Below are positions 63,476 to 64,000 of a DNA stretch of 64,000 nucleotides, piece after piece (positions within the stretch are counted from its first letter, which is position 1; each line of letters opens with the position of its first letter). Below the pieces are notes generated by a model, which was given only the letters and a program-made list of their open reading frames with translations, made no database searches and had not been told where the DNA came from. The DNA is taken from assembly GCA_038325595.1 (NCBI GenBank), contig JBBQJD010000007.1:875-64874 (forward strand), given 5' to 3'. This stretch comes from Bacteroidales bacterium. Its GTDB lineage: Bacteria > Bacteroidota > Bacteroidia > Bacteroidales > VadinHA17. A program made the position numbers and the translations under genes.

Positions 63476-64000
63476 ATGAGGATTTTAAGCAGGGATGAAA
63501 TTAACAGGTATATTCAGCAGATAAGATTACCTGAGATAAGACTTGGTGGTCAGGAAAAAATCAAAAGAGCCTCGGTGCTGGTGATAGGTGCCGGAGGCTT
63601 GGGATGCCCTGTACTTCAATATCTTACAGCAGCAGGCGTTGGTACGATTGGCATTATGGATAATGACTGGGTTGATGAATCGAACCTGCACAGGCAGATC
63701 CTGTATAATGTAAATGATCTGAGCAAGCCCAAACCGCTGGCAGCAAAAGAAAAGCTTGAACTGCTCAATCCGAATATAAGTTTCAAAATTCATTTTTCCA
63801 GATTAAACAATAAAAATGCACTGGACATTCTTTCAGGGTATGATATTATTGTTGACTGCACTGACAATTTTCCTGCCCGTTACCTGATAAGTGATTCATG
63901 TGTAATACTGAACAAGCCTGAGGTATATGGGGCCGTGCACAAATTTTCCGGACAGGTGATGGTTCTGAATTATAAAAACGGACCTACCCTGAGATGTCTG
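63476..64000 (+). CDS. MoeB/ThiF-family adenylyltransferase, N-terminal part (3' end outside the window)
   Basis: ATG at 63476, open to the window end. RYIQQIRLPEIRLGGQEKIKRASVLVIGAGGLGCP...DESNLHRQ...DCTDNF. Not in the ORF track because it has no stop. Confidence 0.85.
   Translation, partial: MRILSRDEINRYIQQIRLPEIRLGGQEKIKRASVLVIGAGGLGCPVLQYLTAAGVGTIGIMDNDWVDESNLHRQILYNVNDLSKPKPLAAKEKLELLNPNISFKIHFSRLNNKNALDILSGYDIIVDCTDNFPARYLISDSCVILNKPEVYGAVHKFSGQVMVLNYKNGPTLRCL

Overview
This 64-kb chromosomal window is most likely from a Bacteroidota genome. The indicators are a TonB-dependent receptor with a CarboxypepD_reg-type N-terminus, HYC_CC_PP and DUF6660-like small proteins, and A-C-B gene order in the RND operon. 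Coding density is high. I found no rRNA, tRNA, CRISPR array, transposase, integrase or phage genes.

Gene blocks:
1. 1-2008: three rhodanese-domain proteins.
2. 5.2-24.4 kb: a pectin/hexuronate utilisation locus with kduD, kduI, GH105, uxaC, an SDR mannonate oxidoreductase, a LarA-like protein, a Gfo/Idh/MocA oxidoreductase, gnd, an ExuT-like transporter, a LacI regulator, a UxaE-like epimerase, DUF6807, a TIM-barrel protein, a PfkB kinase and GH35.
3. 24.4-28.5 kb: housekeeping genes (MsbA-like ABC exporter, purB, mqnA-like).
4. 28.9-37.4 kb: an HD protein, a PLP decarboxylase, then DUF2061-cysD-cysN-(metB/C-like)-cysE-cysK.
5. 37.4-51.2 kb: a CusA/C/B-type Cu(I)/Ag(I) efflux island with many small Cys/His/Met-rich proteins. 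An APS-reductase-type cysH is embedded in it.
6. 51.4-55.8 kb: a LuxR-type response regulator, then CBS, cystathionine gamma-lyase, OsmC and DUF302.
7. 55.9-61.4 kb: aceE-aceF-lpd (pyruvate dehydrogenase).
8. 61.5-64.0 kb: an FNR-like reductase, a pterin carbinolamine dehydratase, Usp and a partial MoeB/ThiF.

Findings most worth a second look:
- A dispersed family of short-word tandem ('stuttering') repeats, mostly placed right after stop codons.
- A LarA-like gene and gnd embedded in a hexuronate operon that has no uxuA or kdgA in the window.
- The copper island with its uncharacterised accessory proteins and an oversized CusA.
- An identical 16-bp perfect palindrome on each side of the cysteine-biosynthesis block.

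All functional calls rest on by-eye motif recognition. No searches or computations were run.
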